The translations under genes were made by a program, and so were the position numbers. This document shows positions 1 to 12,311 of a stretch of 64,000 nucleotides of DNA, one piece after another (positions within the stretch are counted from its first letter, which is position 1; every line of letters begins with the position of its first letter). Origin of the DNA: Selaginella moellendorffii (lineage: Eukaryota > Plantae > Lycopodiophyta); NCBI RefSeq assembly GCF_000143415.4, contig NW_003314262.1, positions 3,088,603 to 3,152,602 of the forward strand, in the 5' to 3' direction. The notes beneath the pieces are model-generated. The model was not told the origin of the DNA. It made no database searches and saw only the letters and a program-made list of their open reading frames with translations.

Positions 1-250
1 CTCCCTCATACTATATAAGGATGGTTCCCATGTGTTTGAGTTGTTGGTAATTGATTTAATGGAAGATTTTCCATGGTTGACTATTGGTAATGATTATTGC
101 TTCCAACTATTTGACTTATTGAGTGGAAGTTAATGCTCTTATGAGTGCATCTACAACTACTGTTGAATACTTCCTCTTTAATGAAATATATTCCAATTTA
201 TTTTTTTTAAAATGGATTCTCTTAGATAATGGTCATACATTTATATCTTA
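1..250 (+). mobile_element. Decayed Ty3/gypsy integrase fragment
   Basis: Colinear nucleotide similarity with the integrase region at ~7370-7650 (e.g. tgtttgagttgttggtaattgatttaatgg vs tgtttgagttgatggtatttgatcttatgg). Confidence 0.6.
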
Positions 251-589
251 GGCAAGTGTTTAATATTCACAAACTAATGGTTTGTTTAATGGCTCATCTA
301 GACCTTCAAAGGGATGATTATGAAGTATATAAGCTTATAGTATTTCGATTGGGATGGTTATTTGGCATTTCTTTAGTATGAGCATATCATAGGGGTATAG
401 AGTTTCTTAAAAACTCTTATATAGTTATGATTCAATATTAATAATGGAGTTGAATTTTCATAATTGCCTTTGTGATTGCCATGAGTTATCAATGTTATTT
501 CCTGGGATTAATATTTTACAACATTCTTCCACTGGTTTGGATGGAATCTAATAAACACTTAAGCCATATACAAATGAATAAAAATAAAA

Positions 590-984
590 AAGTATGAAAT
601 AGAAAGGAGAAGTCTTAAAGTCACATTTAGCATAATTACACTGCAACCAATCCATACTAAAAATGAAGTCAAAATATTGACATGACATCATTTAGAATGA
701 TTGAACCTTAGACTCAAGATCACTTATACATAAACTAGGTCTACCTCATCTCATACATTACTATAAAAAATGAAGATTGGCACTATCATATAATATAAAT
801 ATAGACAATAACATATGAGAATAAGCTAAGTGATAAAAGATAAACTCAAGCCTATATCAACCCACATGTAGAAGATAACAAGGGATCTCTTGTTATAATA
901 ATGAGTTTGGAAAATAAACATTGGATGAATTAATGTCAAATGAAATTTTTTATAATACTCCTAAAATAAAGATAAAGTGGCTAT

Positions 985-1030
<46 letters not shown>

Positions 1031-2215
1031 GTCTTTTACTACTCATGCAACTTCTTGTATCCCAGAAGAATCTTTATATCAAGACATTCCATTGCAATAA
1101 CAGAAAAATATTATTGATGTTAAGATTTCCACCCAAGAAATAAAGGATACCAATCTAAAAAACACTACTAATGTTGATACATATAGCCAACTTCATTACA
1201 TATCTAACATTAAATATCATGGCCATAACCACGTCCTGATCATTAGCTTTGAACATAAGTAGCAGTCACATCAACCTCTTTTCCCACAATAAGTGAAGCT
1301 AAAACATGTGCAAAAACAAGTGATAGATATGATATTTCATAATATTGTGTCAATTAAAAAGTATCGCTAAGGGTGGTTAGGCCAAGTGGATATATAATTC
1401 CTACAAATTTTTAATAAAACATTGGCCATAATATTCCCAACTTGATTCGTTCAAATATATTTACCTCTACACAAAATAATAGGCTCTAAGAGTGAACACC
1501 AAATTGCATAATTGACTCAAATGGCTTATGACTAAAATGGTACAATTACTAAAAGGCATCATCACAATTATCAATATATCTAAGTGTGTATTTGAAGAAG
1601 TCCGAAAGAAAGCTTCAATCTGCATAAGTGGTTACACTCAAACTATTATAATATTGTAACACCATCCCTTGGAGATATGTGGGAAACTTATGCAAATGTT
1701 AGATAACATCCCAAAAATAGTGTTTGGCAATCATTATAAAATGATTAAACCAATAGCACATATCATCCCTAGGATTCTCAAAACAATTAAACTTAGCAAT
1801 GCTACATTCATGACATATGGTGCAGCTCTTTCTATTTTTATTGTCAATCCTTATATTTAGCTAGAGATATAACCACATAACATTGAAAAATTGCACCATT
1901 GCTACTTTAGAGTTAAAGAAGGAGGAGGATGTTGCTTTGTTAAGAACAAGAATGAAAAAAAGAAAAAAAAAAACATGAAAAAAGTTATAACAATAAGAAA
2001 TATCTAAATGATGTAAAAGGTAAATCTAAACCAAAAACACAAATCCAAGCACTCTTCAAAGGCAATAGAGCTATTTGTCTCTTCCAACAATATGAGTGTA
2101 CAGAAATGTGTATATTTAATTAGCCTGAAAACCCTAGTTTATATATAAAAGCAAGTGGTCCAGATTAAAATCAATTTAATAACCAAAATCCCATTATAAA
2201 TATTAATATAATATA
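590..2215 (-). mobile_element. Decayed Ty3/gypsy 5' region (leader, gag, protease), inverted relative to the copy starting at ~2240
   Basis: Its reverse complement aligns by eye with 2240-3670 and 5290-5580. ORF 1669-1860(+) is homologous to ORF 2603-2902(-). Confidence 0.7.
987..1028. repeat. (AT)n microsatellite
   Basis: About 21 perfect AT units. Confidence 0.95.
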
Positions 2216-3670
2216 AAGTTCAAATGTAAGGCTACAATGTTGTATACTAATATTAGCGTAATAGGATTTTAGTAATTGTTAGATTGGTTTCAATCCGGAC
2301 CACTTACTCTTGTATATAAATTAGACTAATTAATATGCACATTTTTTGTATTCACTTTCCATGTTTTATGCACTCATATTGGTGGAGATGAGGGGCATCT
2401 TTGATTATCCTTGAGAAGTGCTTGGATTTGGGATTTTGGTTTAGATTCTGCTTTTGTATCATTTAAATCTAGCTTTTTCTATTTCCTTTTTTTTTTTTGT
2501 TCTTTCCTTTCAGGATTTTGGTTTAGATTTAGCTTTTGTATTGTCTAAATCTCCCTTTCCTTCTAGTTTTTTTTTAATTTCTTTTCTTTTGCTCTTTTCT
2601 TTTCATTCATTTTCATGGCAGAGCAACAATCTCCTCCTTCTTTGACTCTGGAGTAACAATTGGTGCAATTGCTCGATAATATGCAATTGCAGTTGAAAAA
2701 CCAAACTTAGTTGATGGCAGCATTCACAGTATGTGGTACAACTCCTTTTGCTCTTGGTACCAATCCTCGCATTTGGTTGAAGTTCTTTCATGGGAATCTT
2801 AGTGATGATGTGTACCATTGGTTCAATCACTTTATGATGATTGCCACATATCATTCTTGGGATGATGCTCAATATTTGTATGAATTTCCCATGTGTCTCC
2901 AAGGGATAACACTATAGTGGTACAATGGTTTGAGCACAACCACTCATAAGGATTAGAGTATTCTCTTGGATGTCTTAAACACGCATTGAGACATGCCAAC
3001 AATTGTGATAATACCTTCCAACAATTGCGTTGTCGGGCCATTTGAGTCGATGATGCAATTTGGTATTCATTTCCGAAGCCCTTTGCTTCGTGCAGAGCCA
3101 AATATGTCAAAGCAGATCAAGCTGGGAATGTTATGGCCAACACTACATCAAGATCTTGTAGAACTTGTGCATGCACTTACTCCAACCACCTTTACTAATG
3201 CCCTTCGTTTGGCACAACATTATGAGATGTTGCCTCTTCCACTTCTTATTGCATGTCCTTTAACTCCACTTTTTGTGAGAGATGGTCCTATTCCAATGAA
3301 GGTTAATGCTGCTATTGCTCAAGTTCAAGGACAAGGGTGAGGACGTGGTCGTGGCCATGATGTTCGTTGCTGGGCATGTGATGAAGTTAATCACACTTAT
3401 CGGCATTGTCAATGTTTTCCGGATTAGTGGCTTCTATTTCTTGGGTAGAGGTCTTGGCATCAACAACATTCTATTGGTGTTGTTGTAGTGGAAGGTTTGG
3501 ACACTAAAATGCATCTTGGAAATGAAGAGTTGCGTGAGTAATGGAAGGACATTGTGCAAATAAATTGGTGATCCTTCCATCTTTCTTTCGGGAGTATCAT
3601 CAAGGGGTTCACTTGACATTAGTTCATCAAGTGTTTACTTTCCAAACTCAACTTTATAATAAAAGATCTC

Positions 3671-5290
3671 TGTAAGTGACTAAATTTTTCCATTCTACTT
3701 TAGTCACTTAACCACACCTCTGCCCACTTAGAGGAGTCTCATTCCCAACCTCCATAAGTCCCACTCAGGACTTAGGGCTTGTTAGCCCTGAGAATGGCAT
3801 CCATGCCACTCAACCTTTGCACTTGGTCCTAGTGCTCCATGTGTTCGGTCCCATGACCGACACCCCAAGGTACCACCGACATATCAGCCCGTTACACTAA
3901 AGCCATGCCCCTTTACCTTGGTCACACCAGTGGTCTAACACCACCTGCATCACCATCCTATCTCTCAAGGATTGGGCCATCCGTCCATGAGTGATCGTTC
4001 CAGATCCACTCCTTAGCATCCTTAGGATGCCCACAGGCATGGGGAATAGCCTTCCCCAATATCCCTTTTTCGGTCTTCACCAAGTCCCTTTCTGCCCATG
4101 GCCGTATTCGCCAACACTGCCCCTGAATCGAGGCCCACAGGCCCGACCACTAAGTCCCACGGTCCTCTGGGACTTCCTCACCACTCGACTGTATCCTTGG
4201 TCACTACACTAGAGGACTACTCCTCTTCCTTTCCACAGTCTGGGCTTTTGGGACAACATTTCGGAACACCGTGGCCCTACGCGGGCCTCATGGGTACTCT
4301 CCCTGCCTTCCGCCTTTGGGTGCTCTAGCCATGGGCTTAGAGTGAGGTTCCGTTGAGCCACACCAGGTATCCAAGTAGGTAGTGCCACCCACACTTGGAT
4401 TGGGAGCATCGGTCAGTCGATCTCCCGAGGGAACTAGAGCCGGCTCTTGAACACTTCACCAAGCTACCCCGCTTGTCGGCTCCTATTCACTCTAGTCTTA
4501 GACTTCCCAGTGGTCAGTTCATCACCCAACACTGGGTATGGCCTTCCTGGGCCAAACTGGCCTTTCCTGGGCTAAACTGGCCTTTCCTGGCCAAATTGGC
4601 TCCACTGGGCTTCAACCCCCACACTCTCCCTACTATACTTTTGGAACCCCCCGCAGCCCCCCCCCCCCCCCCGACGATCGCTTTGGGCTTTCACCCAACT
4701 GCCTGTATTAGTATTCGGACTCGAACTTGGGCTCAAACTCGAACTCGAACTCGGTCTTGGTCCCGGTTTCGGACTCAGACTCGGTCTCGGTCTCGGTTCC
4801 ATCTCAGACTCCATCTCGGACTTCATCTCGGGTCCATCTTGGACTCCATCTCGGACTCCATCTCGGGTCCATCTCGAACTCCACTTCGGACTCCATCTCG
4901 CTTCCATCTCAGACTCCATCTCGGACTCCATCTCGGGTCCATCTCGGACTCCACTTCGGACTCCGTCTTGGGTCCATCTCGGACTCCACTTCGGACTCCA
5001 TCTCGGGTCCATCTCGGACTCCATCTCGGGTCCATCTCAGACTCCATCTTGGACTCCATCTCGGACTCCATCTTGGACTCCATCTCAGGTCCCTTTTTTG
5101 GAGCCTTGCTTATTGGTTGCCTCGTGCTCACTCCTCGAGCACTTTGTTGGGAGTTCCACTCCCGCTCTCGACCTTCTAAGTCAGAGCTTTTAGTCCAAAC
5201 GTGTTATGCTCGTTTGGCTTTCGCTTCGGCCACTACTATGTGGCGCCCTTTCCGGCTCCACTTTGGGGCCTAGGGATTTTGTGTCTCACA
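3671..5290. mobile_element. 1620-bp LTR-type insertion (TG...CA) with 5-bp target-site duplication ATCTC
   Basis: ATCTC at 3666-3670 and 5291-5295; ends TGTAAG/CTCACA. The flanks are contiguous in the inverted sister copy (~820-940). Confidence 0.8.
4715..5090. repeat. Tandem array of ~12-bp units (GGACTCCATCTC / GGGTCCATCTC)
   Basis: Directly visible; it generates spurious repetitive ORFs in several frames. Confidence 0.9.
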
Positions 5291-7844
5291 ATCTCTTATT
5301 ATTCTTTCCATATTAGTTGATACAGTTTTGAGTTTATCTTCTATTACTCGATCTATTGCCACACATTGCCATCTACATTTGTGTCATGCGGCAAAGCCAA
5401 TTTTCATTTTTTATGGCAATTGCACAGAATGAGGTGTACCTAATTGTGCATGTGGGCGATTTTGAGCTTGAGTTATAGCCATTGTAGGTAATGCCAAATC
5501 AAGTTTTTTACCTCATCCTTGGTATGGATTGGTTGCATTGCAATTATGCCAAGTGTGACTTTGAGGCTTCTCCTCTTTGTATTATACTTTTTTATATTTT
5601 ATCCATTCTTCTCACTTTTGTACTTCTTCATCCCTTTACTTTTACCTCTGCTTCCATTACTTTTATTTTTCCATTACTACCTCTTATATTTCTATCTTGT
5701 TCCACTCTTTCTTTTTTTGATCCTTCTAACGGTCTTTGTGTTGTAGCAGTTAACCAACTCATAAAGAAGTATGTCAATCTCTTTGAATTTGACGTATTGT
5801 TTAGGGTTAAGATTGCCACACATCATCCAAATCTAATTAGGGATGCTCATCTAATCAATGTTCCTATTCATCGTCGGTCACCCAAAAAGATCAAGATTTT
5901 ACATACAAATATATAAGAGATGTTGGAAAAGGGTGTTACTCAAAAGTTATAAAATCCTTAAGTATGTGAACTTCATCTTATGATAAAGCCTGATGAGAGT
6001 ATTCATTTTTGCATCGACTATCATCCGTTAAATGAAATGATAATCCCAAATATGTACCCTCTTCCTCACACTACTGATCTCTTGGATTGTCTAAAGAGAA
6101 GTCATTAATTCACCAAGTTAGATCTTGCTTATGGGTACTAACAAGTACTAATAGCCAAAGAAGATATTCCTAAGACTGTTTTTCGTCACTATTTGATTTA
6201 TACAAGTTATTAGTGATTCCATTTAGTTTGAACAATACTCTAGTGACTTTCCAGCAAATGATGGACAAGGTTCTTTATGATATGCTGGAGATGATTATTG
6301 ACTTCATTGATGATGTCTTGATACACTCGAAGGGGACATGGGAGGAACACATCCGTGATGTTTGTAAAGTGTTATATCAGCTACAGGAAGTTGGTTTAAA
6401 GCTAAAACGGTCAAAATGCATGTTTGGGTTCAAGGACATGACTTATCTTGGGCACTGTATTTCTTATGAGAGTTTGCAAGTTGATTATGACAAACTTATG
6501 GTTGTTCTAAAATTCCTTACTCCAAAGTGTGTGAATGATGTATAGTGCTTTTTGGGCAAGATGCAATATCTTGGTCATTTTGTAAATCATCTTTTTCATC
6601 ACATTGCATCATTGCAAGCATTGTTGAAATCATCAACATCATTTTTCATCTGGCCTACGGACTGTGAGTAGGTGTTCATGGATCTCAAGGAGCTATTAAC
6701 GACTTTTCCAATTTTAGCATATCCTAACTACATTTGTTACTGCCATTATTTTATTATTGAAGTGAAAGAACCTAGTTGGTTATACTACTTAGTGGGCTTT
6801 GAAATTTCAAATATATGATTTTGATACTAGGGAGTTTTGATATTGTTCATGCCCTTTCTCGAGCTCCTCTTCCTTTTTTACTTTCTTCTCATGTTTCTGA
6901 CAAACTTGTTGTTCCAGTATCTATGGATTTTCTAGACAAGGATTCTATGCTATTGGCGATTGCTATACTTGATATTTAGTGTCCAAAAGGTGTAGAGCAA
7001 GATCTACCTTCTCTTGATGAGGTTCGCAAGGCTCAAAAGATTGAACCATAGATTCAAAGGCTTCAAAATGGGTTTGAGAATTTTGCATCACTTGCTGATA
7101 ACTTATAGTTCTGGCATTTATATTCTCAATATCACTTTAAAGACAGCCTTCTTTATTTTGTGGGGACAGATCCTGATATTCATTTATAGCTTATGGTGCC
7201 TTCAATATTTATTCCACAGTTTCTTATGCTTATCATGATTCTCTTGTTCTATGTGGGCATATAGGACATCATCATATGATCAAGAAGCTACATAAGTTTT
7301 TCTATTAGCCGGAGATGTGACATGATATTATCCGATATGTGTGTAATTGTGTTTGGTGCTAAGCTCGTAATACTCCCCCTCATGCTGCGAAAGGATGGTT
7401 GAAGTCAATTGCAATTTCTCATCTGTTTGAGTTGATGGTATTTGATCTTATGGGACTTTTTCCTTAATCGACTATTGGCAATGAGTATGTTATTATTACT
7501 TTTTACTACTTGACTTGTTGGGTGGAAGTTGGTGCTTTTGTTAATGCCTTTGCAACTACTGTTAGATACTTCTCCCTCAATTGAATAGTGTTCTAGCATT
7601 CTTGTTTGGAGCGAATTCTTTCAGATAATAATCCCGTATTTATGGCTAAGGAATTTCATGTTTTGACATCTTAGTTGGGGATGCACCACACTTTCACGAG
7701 TGTTTATCATCCACAATTAGACACTTTGGTGGAATGGCTCGTTCGGACATTCAAAGGGATTATCGTGAAGTATGTGAACTTTCAATATTCAGATTGGAAT
7801 GGTTATTTATCGTCTCTTCTATATGCATATGTCACAGGGGTGTA

Positions 7845-8383
7845 TATAAGCAACTAAATTTTCCATTCTACTTCAGTCATTTAACCACAACTTTGACCAC
7901 TTGGAGAAATCTCACTCACAACTTCTATAAGTCCTATTTTGGACTTGGGGCTTGTTAACCCCGAGAATGGCATCCTTGCCACTCAACCTCTGCACTTAGT
8001 CCGAGTGCTCCATGTGTCCAATCCCATGACCGACACCTAAAGGTACCACCAACATATCAGCCCGTTGCACTAAGGCCATGCTCATTCACCTTTGCTATAC
8101 TATTGGTCCAACACTAACCATATCACAGTCCTATCTCTCAAAAACTAGGCCATCCGTCCATGAGTGGTCATCCCAAATCCACTCCTTAGCATCCTTAGGA
8201 TACTTGCAGACATGGGGAACAGCCTTCCCCAATATCCCTTTTACAGTCTCCACCAAGTCCCAAGTTTCGTCCATGGCTGTGTTCGCCAGCACTGCCACTA
8301 GGTCAACGCTCACAGGCCCGACCACTAAGTCCCACTGTCCTCTAGGACTTTCTCACCACGTGACCATATCCTTAGTCATCATA
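7845..8383. mobile_element. Diverged ~540-bp LTR-like copy of 3671-4208
   Basis: Colinear direct repeat of 3671-4208; the first copy has inverted termini TGTAAGTGAC...GTCACTACA. Confidence 0.75.
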
Positions 8384-8414
8384 TATCTGTCACTCCTGGA
8401 TCAATCTCTCCCAG

Positions 8415-8880
8415 ACATTGGAGGTACTTGATCAGACTCTTCGGGCCCTGCCTTGGGGCACTTACATGAATCCTCTTCCACTCCCCAGGAAACAAGCTTG
8501 AGATCCACATCTTTCTTAGTAGTCCCAATTGACATGCATCATGCATACTGTGTTGATGCCCGTGCTGCTCCGGTCACACAGCCCCCCAAAGTCCCTGGTG
8601 GAAAGACACCAGGAACTCTTGAGAGTGCTGGAACTTCATGAAAATCTCCTGCTCGTTGTGCTCGTGGTCGATGATGTCTCGTATGGCAGTAGCTCAAAGT
8701 CCTGTAAAAATGTACGGTGAGAGTAAGCCCTAGATGGGGAAAGATCTTCCCGGCGCCATTCTTATCTTCACGATCCCCAGGTATGAATGAGGAGTGGGTA
8801 CCGTTAAATCCTTGCCATGCCGAAATAACAACTTCTTTGGCATGGATGTGGTAGACATCAGAGTTCGATCCAAACAATTG
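8415..8880 (-). pseudogene. Deleted pseudogene copy of the nucleotide-diphospho-sugar transferase at 14987-16141
   Basis: 8415-8712 matches 14990-15490 with several deletions (shared ggaacttcatgaaaatctcctgctcgttgtgctcgtggtcgat). Confidence 0.8.
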
Positions 8881-9169
8881 ATCTCTTACATGGAGATCTA
8901 TAACAACGTCAACTACATGTAATCTTCATCAGGTTAAAGTCCAGGTATTTGTGTGTTGGTACTAATAGCTTGTGATGCAGAAAGACCAGCTGGCAGAAGG
9001 AAATATACGAATTGGCAGTCGTTTAAGTACCACGAAGACGATTGTTTTCTGACTGAAAATCCTCCACCTTTCTGTTAAAAATCTCGCTATTGCTATCGAG
9101 TAGCACAATTAGCTTTCTAGTCTTTTCCATTGTTGGAAAAAAGACGAATCCAAGCATTCAAAGTAAGAA

Positions 9170-10640
9170 GTCTGATTCAAACAAGCTCGGTCCGTCGGAT
9201 TTTACACAGGGTGTGTACTCTGACGTAGACGGAGCTGCTTGGTCTTCTGTGTTTAAAGTTGCCCAGACGTCATCGAGTTCTTGGTTTAGGCGCGTCCATG
9301 CATCTTTATTGGCAACATTTGGTTTGTCCTTGGTCGTTGTTTGTTGTAAGTCACGAGAATGCAAAGGAATGACACCTCCGGTGTACTTTGAACATCCCAA
9401 AGATCATCAGCATTCTTTTGGAGAAGGGACTCAAATGTAAGGGTGTCACTATCCCGCCTAGTAGAGATTCGAGAGTTGTCCAAACGTGTTAAAGGGCTCC
9501 GAAAGCATTCAGAAAAGCTAGCAAATAAATACACATAAAACAATGCGTCCAAAATCCTGTTGCGCGGAAAAAATAATTCATGAAAATAACATAAAAAACC
9601 GGGGTCAAACCCCTTCGAATGATCATCTCGAGCTGCTGAACTTAAGACTAGTGTCTACAAAAACAGAAAAGAAAAGAAATAAAACATTTCTTCCAAATAA
9701 AATTGCATGAGAGACAGATGCAACTGCGCCTCCCTCCGACACGAAAACATTGTACAATACTTTGGAACACAAAAAGTAAGGCGCTTACACGGTTTAGGAG
9801 GTGATGCCATACCTCATTGACGTGCACGCATATTACAACTCTCGAAGAAAATTGAAGTGTTCCCTTTGTTTCGTCTGTGTGCATCTGAAACAAATTATAC
9901 GAAACTTAGGCACTGAGCGGTTATACCTCATGCGGTGTAATGGTGTAAATAATAGCCGTTTCTGCGTTACCGTTTAAAACGGATTGAAGAATGCGCGTCA
10001 GTTGTCCCGGTATGGTATATGACCAAAAGATGAAAGCTAAAGACTTTCCTGGACCCTCGCTGAGCTTATTGATAACAATGACCCTTGGCCTTAAGTCGAA
10101 CTGAGCTGCTGTTTTTGCAACGCGTTCAGAACCGGCTAGATCTACCAGGTTCAAGTTATAGTGCAAAGATCGTAAAATTCCAGGCTTACCAAAGTAGACA
10201 CAGTCCCTATTCTGTTATTGTCAATGACCCTGTGTGAATGTGACAGCACTTAACCACCATTTGAAATATAGAGTGAGATCGACTACTGTATCTGTTCATG
10301 TTCGTCTCACCAAAATGACGATATGCTGCAATACCATTGACAATGTCAGTACCCCTGAAGCTTTAAGGAATCAAATACTTGGTCAGGTTTCCTCTTTGAG
10401 TCCAGCAACCCTTCTGTACAATGAAGTGTAAGAATGTGAGAAACACTTGCAAATGTTACCTCGAAATCGTGTATTTACATTTAGCTGTTCTAGCTCACTT
10501 TCTAGACGACTATTTACTTTCCGTAAGTCAATCACTGTCTGCACACAAAAAAATAATTATAAAAAATAATGTTAAACATCTGGTAACCAACAATATCGCG
10601 AAGTCCAACATTACCGTGACCGAAAACACGGTTCTCTTGG
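9170..10640 (-). pseudogene. Kinesin (kinesin-7/CENP-E-like) pseudogene fragments
   Basis: [15 protein letters not shown] and LTRILQS..GNA.TAII.TITP motifs; frameshifted; paralogous to 36250-37960 and 41940-42630. Confidence 0.8.
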
Positions 10641-10723
10641 AGGAACTAGGGATTCTCTACTTAAATCTGCGAAGCTTGAGGTCTGGTGTGGTTGGGACGG
10701 ATTGATTTATGCGTGATTTGCAG

Positions 10724-11460
10724 GAACATGAAACAGCAAACAAGCTTGATGAGCTGGAGAGAAAATACAGCCAGAACATGCGAGCAAAAACACCTACTTG
10801 AGGAGAGGCTTTTCTCTCGGGTAAATGTTTATGGTTCACTCCAAAACGCGGCAGGTCTAACGAGCAAATCCTCTCAGGAAGAGAAATACAAGACACAGCT
10901 CCATGAACTGGTAAACACGAACAAGGAGCTTCAAAGGACAAACGAACAACTGAAATCCTTGTGGGTATAATTTTCATTCTAAGATGCACAGTCAAATAGC
11001 TTTACTTTCTTGCAGGAAGAAAACTACAAGTACTCTCAGATAAAAACACCAGCCTCCAGAAATTGATCAAAGAAACTGCACGTAATTAAACTTTAAAAAG
11101 TTACTCCCTCGTATAACATAACATCATCAACAAGCGAAGGCCAGCAACGAGCTTAAACTCTCATTGGAGGCCCAGGTACCTAAGGTAAAGATGTTCCAAA
11201 CGATTGCATGGCACAATCCATCACACGCAAGGAATCGCAGCTCCGGGAACTAACCGCCAAGCTCTCGTCCCTTGAGGGTTGCCTCTACGCGCTAGCGAGT
11301 CTCTACCTCACAACCATACTCTCCAGTCGAGCGAGCACGAGGCCCTGATCGCTCACATCGATACTGGACAAGGATCTCCGGCGGGCGAGGTGAGATCTGG
11401 CGGCCAAAGTGGGCGTCCAGGCCCAGCAAAACCAGGAGCTCCTCGTCAGCCGAAAGTATG
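10724..11460 (+). pseudogene. Fragmentary intron-containing coiled-coil protein remnant
   Basis: Heptad-like peptides (KTQLHELVNTNKELQRTNEQLKSL; ESQLRELTAKLSSL) separated by intron-like spacers, with stops. Confidence 0.35.
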
Positions 11461-11528
11461 CAAGGTTAAGCCATGTGGACGGCTATGATTCAAAGCGACG
11501 AGCGCGGCGATTTAGATTTAGGGTTCTA

Positions 11529-12311
11529 ATGGCGGAGATCTCTATGAATCGGCTTGTGAGAGCTTGTGAGGTAGCTTGCGATAAGATCTATCCCAGGAAG
11601 GATTACAAGAGGCAGTTCAAAAAGGGCCCATTTCACTGTGTTTCGGGTGTGGAGTCTGCCGAGTTTCAGCGATTGGCGGATCAGGATAACGTGCGAAAGT
11701 ATGGATTAGCATACGAGCACGATGGAGGAAACGTTAGCATCTGCGGGGACAACACCGAAGTCCACGCAGGGATGAAGGGGTACGTAGCCATTGTTCTGAT
11801 GGATCAACTCCTTAAGCTCGGTCTTGATCCACTCTGCGGCCCCGTCTATCACTGGGTGAACTTCATGGTGGTGTTCCCCAATGGGGACATGAAGATGGTG
11901 GATCACGCCCTCTTTCAGCGCTGCCCAGAGACGAAGCGGGAGCTGCCGATTGTTGTGGTGGAGCTAGCGTTCTACAACGAAAGCCACGAGAAGTTGAGGG
12001 AGAACGTTGCGAGGATCATGGAGGTGGCCAGTGTCAAGCTGGTGATCGGTGTAAGTGCCTGCATCGATGATGCAGACAACCTATACTTCAAGGCATGCAT
12101 TGGCTACGCTGGAGACATTCAAGACTTTGATCCACTTAGGGGGGAGGAGTGCTTTTCGGTGCCTACTTCCACCTTGTTTCAAGACGTGCCAGAGCTGCCT
12201 TCCAGCATGGGCGAGCATTTCAAGTACCCTCTCGGAGCAATTGTGAAGTATTCAAAGGGAGCTCTGTACTCGCGAGACAACAAGACCAGCAGGTTTTGGA
12301 GCTGTAATTAA
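11529..12311 (+). CDS. Intronless Uma2-like PD-(D/E)XK restriction-endonuclease-fold protein (260 aa)
   Basis: Open frame with ATG at 11529 just after a TTAGGGTT telo-box; motifs EVH...KMVDHAL...PIVVVELAFYNESHEKL...VKLVIGV. Confidence 0.65.
   Translation: MAEISMNRLVRACEVACDKIYPRKDYKRQFKKGPFHCVSGVESAEFQRLADQDNVRKYGLAYEHDGGNVSICGDNTEVHAGMKGYVAIVLMDQLLKLGLDPLCGPVYHWVNFMVVFPNGDMKMVDHALFQRCPETKRELPIVVVELAFYNESHEKLRENVARIMEVASVKLVIGVSACIDDADNLYFKACIGYAGDIQDFDPLRGEECFSVPTSTLFQDVPELPSSMGEHFKYPLGAIVKYSKGALYSRDNKTSRFWSCN

Larger units (their letters stand above)
2240..7844 (+). mobile_element. Decayed Ty3/gypsy retrotransposon (gag-PR-RT-RH-INT) with many stops and frameshifts
   Basis: Zinc knuckle CWACDEVNHTYRHC (~3368-3410), protease end LILGMDWL (~5510), RT motifs FCIDY, PFSLNN..TFQQMM, FIDDVLIHS and YLGH (6000-6540), integrase SVYHPQLDTLVE (~7700). 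Gypsy domain order. Confidence 0.85.

Noticed and set aside
4395-5273. 292-aa ORF and overlapping ORFs
   Set aside because: Produced by a stop-free 12-mer tandem array inside an LTR-type insert.
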